The notes beneath the pieces are model-generated. The model had not been told where the DNA came from, ran no database searches, and saw only the letters and a program-made list of their open reading frames with translations. Below, piece by piece: positions 39,107-43,559 of a stretch of DNA of 43,559 bases (its first letter is position 1; each line of letters starts with the position of its first letter). The stretch covers positions 6,559 through 50,117 of the forward strand of contig VXOH01000011.1 in assembly GCA_009840135.1 (NCBI GenBank), in the 5' to 3' direction. This DNA comes from Chloroflexota bacterium. Its GTDB lineage: Bacteria > Chloroflexota > Dehalococcoidia > Lucifugimonadales > UBA3495. Made by a program: the position numbers and the translations under genes.

Positions 39107-39244
39107 TAGTCTAGGAACTTTGGAATGATAGGTTATGCTTCGCTCACCCTGAGCCTGTCGAAGGGCCGCCGATTCATGATTCGACAAGCTCACCACGAAC
39201 GGACTCCCGTTCTAACCGTCAAACCAATGTTGTTGGCCTGCTAG
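39103..39244 (-). mobile_element. CTAG-bounded MITE-like copy D (142 bp, inverted) carrying the REP-like hairpin
   Basis: CTAG at 39103 and 39241. CTAGTAGTCTAGGAACTTTGGAATGATAGGTT is the reverse complement of the family right end. The interior 39141-39203 is an inverted copy of 36113-36176. Confidence 0.7.
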
Positions 39245-39382
39245 TTTGCTCTTGAAGTATCGGGCATAACCGGCCGATTCCAGGGAAGAGAGACCTTGCA
39301 CACATCCAGGGTTTCCCTTCCCTTCGTATTTTGATTGATCCGGGCAAGAATCCAGGAAGAGAGGGCTGAGCAAACCCTACCG

Positions 39383-40096
39383 ATGGCGTCGCGTGGCGAA
39401 TTGAGAATTCCGGGTTGGCTTCCCCTGGTGGGCGCAGTGGCGGTCATCGCGGTGCTGGTCGGCTTGCTTTGGGTTAACCTGTCCAACTCCGGTCAACCGG
39501 CAGAAAACCCGGCAGCAGAGTTGGCGCCGCAAAAGAAGGTTCAGACGCCTCCGACAACCGTAGCCATGCCCGAGCCCACGCCATCTGTAGTCACGCCGGC
39601 GGGCACGACTCCCGCTCCCGACTTTCAGGGAATTGTCAAGTGGTTGAACAGTGAACCTCTCTCCATGGAGGAGCAGCGGGGCAAGGTTGTCCTGATAGAC
39701 TTCTGGACTTACTCTTGAATCAACTGCAAGCGTACCCTGCCGTATGTAAGGGACTGGTTCAGCAAATACTCGGAAAGCGGCCTTGTGGTTGTGGGAGTTC
39801 ACTCTCCCGAGTTCGAGTTTGAGAAGGACGAGGAAAACGTGCGGGAGGCACTGCCCCGGCTGGAAGTTTCCTGGCCAGTGGCGATGGACAACGACTTTAG
39901 AACCTGGCGGGCCTACGGCAACCGGTGGTGGCCCCGCAAGTACCTGATTGACCAGGATGGCACCATACGCTACGACCGTATCGGCGAGGGCGCATACCTC
40001 GAAACCGAGCTTCACATCCGAAATTTGCTGGCCGAAACAGGCGCGGATGTGACCGGCATACCGGTGGGAGGCGTGGTTTCCCCTTATTCCCGTTAA
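39383..40096 (+). CDS. Membrane-anchored TlpA/DipZ-like thioredoxin, probable selenoprotein (UxxC)
   Basis: ORFs 39335..39718 and 39785..40096 share a frame and are joined across TGA 39716-39718, reading [23 protein letters not shown]...[13 protein letters not shown]...WPRKYLID. N-terminal TM helix followed by a Pro/Thr linker. Confidence 0.88.
39732..39754 (+). promoter_or_regulatory. Putative bacterial SECIS hairpin
   Basis: GTACCCTGC-CGTAT-GTAAGGGAC forms a bulged stem. The apical loop starts 22 nt after the UGA and has G at its second position. Confidence 0.55.
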
Positions 40097-40189
40097 CTCT
40101 GACGTCGGGTTACCCATTGTCTCCTCTCCCAAAAAATTGAACAGCGATTTCAAGGCAATTTCAAATACAAACAAGCTAAAGGAAACCAT

Positions 40190-42151
40190 ATGCCTCAACC
40201 CTCTTCGGCACAGGAAACACCCATGATTCCCCGGCGGTTGCTATTCGGTAACCCGGATAAGGCCTCCCCACAAATAAGTCCTGACGGGTCACAGCTCGGG
40301 TTTTTGGCCCCGGTTAATGGTGTCCTCAACGTGTGGGTTGCCCCAGCGGAAGACCCGTCGGCGGCCACCCCGGTCACCCAGGACACCGGCAGGGGAGTAC
40401 GCCTTTTCGGCTGGACATACCGGAGTGACCAGATCGTTTATCTGCAGGACAGCGAAGGGGATGAAAACTGGCACATTTACGGGGTAAACCTCAGCAGCGG
40501 CGACATAAGGGACCTGACGCCCCTGGAGGGTGTCCAGGCCCAGATTCAGCGCGACAGTCATAAGCACCCGGACCGGATTCTGGTCGGACTGAATGACCGC
40601 GATCCCCAACTGCATGACCTCTACCTCATTGATTTGGAGACCGGAGACCGGGAACTGGTCCAACACAATGAAGGTTTCGCCTGGTTCGTCGCCGACGACG
40701 AGTTCAATGTTCGTTTTGCTGCCCGGCTAACCGGCGACGGCGGATCTGAGTATCTTCGCCAATCCGCTGATGGAGAATGGGAGAACGCCTTCACTATCAG
40801 CATGGAGGACGCAGTCACCACATCCCCACTGGAATTCAACAAGTCCGGCGAAGTGCTGTACATGGAAGACAGCCGGGGCAGGGACACGGCCGTCCTAAAG
40901 GCCATTAACCTGGCGAGCGGCGCCGAAACGGTCCTGGCCTCCCACGATCGGGCAGATGTTTCCGGTACGATGATTCACCCAACCGAAAAGACAATCCAGG
41001 CCGTCTCTTTCAATTACGACCGGAAGACCTGGCAGATATTGGACGAATCGGTGGCCGGCGACCTGGAATTCCTGGCAACCGTGTGTCCCGGCGATGTTGA
41101 GGTGGTAAGCCGCACCCTGGACGACGGCTGCTGGATAGTGGCCTATTTGAGGGATGACGGCCCCGTCCGTTATTACCGGTACTTGCGGGAGACAAAGGAG
41201 GCAACTTTTCTGTTCACTAACCGGGAAGCCCTGGAGGGTATGCCCCTGGTAAAGGTCCACCCGGTGGTAATTCGCGCCCGCGATGGGCTGGACCTGGTCT
41301 GCTACTATTCATTGCCCCTGGATGCAGACCCCCAACAAACCGGGGAGTTAACGTCACCGCTGCCAATGGCGCTTCTCGTCCACGGCGGGCCCTGGGCCCG
41401 GGACTCATGGGGATACAATCCGGTCTTTCAGCTGCTGGCCAACCGGGGCTACGCGGTCTTGAGCGTGAATTTCCGGGGTTCCACGGGATTCGGCAAGAAC
41501 TTCGTAAATGCCGGCAACCTGGAATGGGGTGCAAAAATGCACGACGACCTGGTGGATGCCGTGCAATGGGCGATCGGGCAGGGAATGGCCGACGACGGTA
41601 GAGTGGCCATTCTTGGCGGCAGCTACGGCGGCTATGCCACCCTGGCAGGCATGACTTTCACGCCCGATGTATTCGCCTGTGGCGTTGACATAGTGGGCCC
41701 ATCAAACCTGGTGACCTTGATGGAAACACTGCCACCTTACTGGCAGCCCACTATTGACCTTTTTACCAGCCGGGTTGGTGACTTTCGTACCGAGGAAGGC
41801 AAGAAGTTTCTGCTGGAGCGCTCGCCGCTCAGCCACGTGGACAACATCAAACGACCGCTGCTCATCGGCCAGGGAGCCAACGACCCCCGCGTTAAGCAGT
41901 CCGAGTCCGACCAGATAGTAAGGGCCATGCAGGATAAAGAGATTCCCGTGACTTACGTTCTCTACCCGGACGAGGGCCACGGTTTCGCCCGCCCTGAAAA
42001 CAGTCTTTCCTTCTTCGCCATAGCCGAAGCGTTTCTCTCAGAATGCCTGGGCGGCCGCTACGAACCGCTGGGTCAGGACCTGGAGGGCGCATCCATTACC
42101 GTTCCCGAAGGTGCCCAGCACATTCCGGGCCTGCTGGAGGCTCTGAACTAA
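40190..42151 (+). CDS. S9 family prolyl oligopeptidase/acylaminoacyl peptidase
   Basis: Beta-propeller N-terminus, VHGGPW, NFRGSTGFG, GGSYGG (Ser), GANDPRV (Asp) and DEGHGF (His). Confidence 0.94.
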   Translation: MPQPSSAQETPMIPRRLLFGNPDKASPQISPDGSQLGFLAPVNGVLNVWVAPAEDPSAATPVTQDTGRGVRLFGWTYRSDQIVYLQDSEGDENWHIYGVNLSSGDIRDLTPLEGVQAQIQRDSHKHPDRILVGLNDRDPQLHDLYLIDLETGDRELVQHNEGFAWFVADDEFNVRFAARLTGDGGSEYLRQSADGEWENAFTISMEDAVTTSPLEFNKSGEVLYMEDSRGRDTAVLKAINLASGAETVLASHDRADVSGTMIHPTEKTIQAVSFNYDRKTWQILDESVAGDLEFLATVCPGDVEVVSRTLDDGCWIVAYLRDDGPVRYYRYLRETKEATFLFTNREALEGMPLVKVHPVVIRARDGLDLVCYYSLPLDADPQQTGELTSPLPMALLVHGGPWARDSWGYNPVFQLLANRGYAVLSVNFRGSTGFGKNFVNAGNLEWGAKMHDDLVDAVQWAIGQGMADDGRVAILGGSYGGYATLAGMTFTPDVFACGVDIVGPSNLVTLMETLPPYWQPTIDLFTSRVGDFRTEEGKKFLLERSPLSHVDNIKRPLLIGQGANDPRVKQSESDQIVRAMQDKEIPVTYVLYPDEGHGFARPENSLSFFAIAEAFLSECLGGRYEPLGQDLEGASITVPEGAQHIPGLLEALN

Positions 42152-42360
42152 GGGTACGACTTCCGCCTGGCCCTAAGCTGGAGAGGTGAGTGTCCCGGGC
42201 AGGAGGGACCATTGACGCCAGGCGGGCAGAGCCCGGACTCCCGAAATGTTCATCTGCGGCAAGATCAAATCCTGCAATAGACTTCCCGAAGTGTAATTAG
42301 TACACCCGGCTGTCTGCATCTATGGAAACGGCCGATACCTTGCCGTGGATCAGCAAGAAA

Positions 42361-42391
42361 GGGCGGGTTTTTCCCCGCCCCTGCTTCTTTT
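42361..42391. terminator. Probable intrinsic terminator between convergent genes
   Basis: GGGCGGG-TTTTTC-CCCGCCC stem-loop with T-rich sequence downstream and AAGAAA upstream. Confidence 0.5.
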
Positions 42392-42420
42392 ACCGATTTT
42401 CCCTGAGGTATGCATCTCTT

Positions 42421-43419
42421 TCAGAGGTTGATGGCAGCCTCAGCGTATTCTTTTTCCTTGGTATAGACCTGGATTCGATGGCGCACCGCTTCAGCAACGT
42501 AAAGGCGATTCTCGTCATCAAGCTTGACTGAAATAGGCCGGTTAAACCGCCATTCGACTTCCATGTTTGTCCGCCGGCGAGCCTTGGCCACGTCGGGGTT
42601 GGCGTCTATGTAGTCCTGCACCCAGGGCGAAGGAGTCTCCGCATCGCCCACCAGCGAACAGATGAACTTGCCGTCGGGCTCGTAGATTTTGACCTGGTGA
42701 TTGCCCCAGTCTGCAACGTAAACGTCTCCGTCCGAATCCACGGCAACGCCGGTGGGACGATTCAGGTCGCCTACGCCGTCGGAGGTTTCCTTGAACTCTG
42801 CGACAAACCGGCCATCGGCAGAAAACTTCTGCACCCGATCGTTCTTCCAATCCGCGACATAAACGCTGCCGTTCCCATCCAGGCAGATTCCCCAGGGCTT
42901 GCAGAACTGGCCGGGTCCGCTTCCTTCTGAGCCCCAGCCACCCAACAACTGGCCCTCACCAGTGAACTTCTGCACCCGGTGGTTCATGCTGTCCACGACA
43001 TACAGGTTGTCGTCTGAATCCACGGCAAGCCCCGACGGCCCCCGCAATTGGCCGGCATCTGACCCGGAATCGCCCCACTTGTTCAGAAACTGGCCGTCCT
43101 TGTCCATGACGGTGATGCGGTTTAGATTCTCGTCGGAAACGTAGAGGTTTTCGTTGCTGTCCAGGGCAATAGCCATGGGCCAGACAAACTGACCGTCGGC
43201 CACACCGTATCGGCCGATGTCGGAGATAAACTCGTGCTCCAGGGTACACTTGCTGATTCGGAGGGTGATCTCGTCAACACCCCGATTCAGGACATAAACA
43301 GTGCCGTTGCTGCCCAGGGCGAAATCCATGGGCGCCAGGAATCCCACGCCGGAAGTTGAGTACATTCCGATGCAATGGCTGTAATCAAAGACTCGCCCGG
43401 CGGCGATGGTGGTTAGCAT
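42421..43419 (-). CDS. NHL-repeat beta-propeller protein
   Basis: Repeated GQF..P.GIA.D.DGNLYV.D..N.RVQKF units. GGAGG RBS. Confidence 0.92.
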   Translation of the reverse strand: MLTTIAAGRVFDYSHCIGMYSTSGVGFLAPMDFALGSNGTVYVLNRGVDEITLRISKCTLEHEFISDIGRYGVADGQFVWPMAIALDSNENLYVSDENLNRITVMDKDGQFLNKWGDSGSDAGQLRGPSGLAVDSDDNLYVVDSMNHRVQKFTGEGQLLGGWGSEGSGPGQFCKPWGICLDGNGSVYVADWKNDRVQKFSADGRFVAEFKETSDGVGDLNRPTGVAVDSDGDVYVADWGNHQVKIYEPDGKFICSLVGDAETPSPWVQDYIDANPDVAKARRRTNMEVEWRFNRPISVKLDDENRLYVAEAVRHRIQVYTKEKEYAEAAINL

Positions 43420-43480
43420 TCCAGCCTCCTTGTGAACTTCAATGGCATGTCGCCAGGGTCGAATGCACCGCTACCCGGTA

Positions 43481-43505
43481 GGGGGGGGGGGGGGGGGGGG
43501 GGGGG
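43481..43505. other. Poly-G run at the contig end, likely a sequencing/assembly artefact
   Basis: 25 consecutive G followed by a low-complexity A-rich tail. Confidence 0.75.
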
Positions 43506-43559
43506 CGGGCAGGTGGGGCCGCAAAGTGAGAAAACAGGAAAAAAACAAAGAACAAGAAA

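Noticed and set aside
36016-39244. CRISPR array
   Set aside because: The repeats are dispersed rather than regularly spaced with spacers, and there are no cas genes.
43481-43559. Poly-G tract as a G-quadruplex or phase-variation site
   Set aside because: It lies at the contig end next to low-complexity sequence, typical of two-colour sequencing artefacts.

Overview
A GC-rich bacterial fragment that ends at a contig end. The gene content suggests Chloroflexota, probably Dehalococcoidia/SAR202-like (inference from the 11-subunit complex I, LLM oxidoreductase, NHL-repeat, PAC2 and CaiB genes). Most of it is core metabolism: DUF59 plus Mrp Fe-S carrier, a fused accD-accA, monomeric icd, mdh, a class III aminotransferase, an MpaB/DUF2236 oxygenase, a PIG-L deacetylase, a type-E-like sdhAB with a CCG anchor, nudF, nadK, nuoABCDHIJK-(small ORF)-LMN without nuoEFG, a hydrolase, CoA-transferase III, rdgB, moaA/moaC, tRNA-Met(CAT), YkgJ, PAC2, an MFS, an LLM, an S9 peptidase and an NHL protein. 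The ORF track misses several signals. (1) A membrane-anchored thioredoxin-like protein has an in-frame TGA at its first catalytic Cys (UxxC) followed by a bSECIS-like hairpin, so it is a probable selenoprotein. (2) A family of CTAG-bounded MITE-like elements (4 full copies and 1 partial) carries interchangeable REP-like hairpin cargo, and two inverted copies bracket the MFS-LLM pair. (3) nuoB has an in-frame TAA. (4) icd has a structured 5' leader. (5) A Rex-like operator lies at the nuo promoter. (6) The Mrp lacks its CxxC cluster motif.
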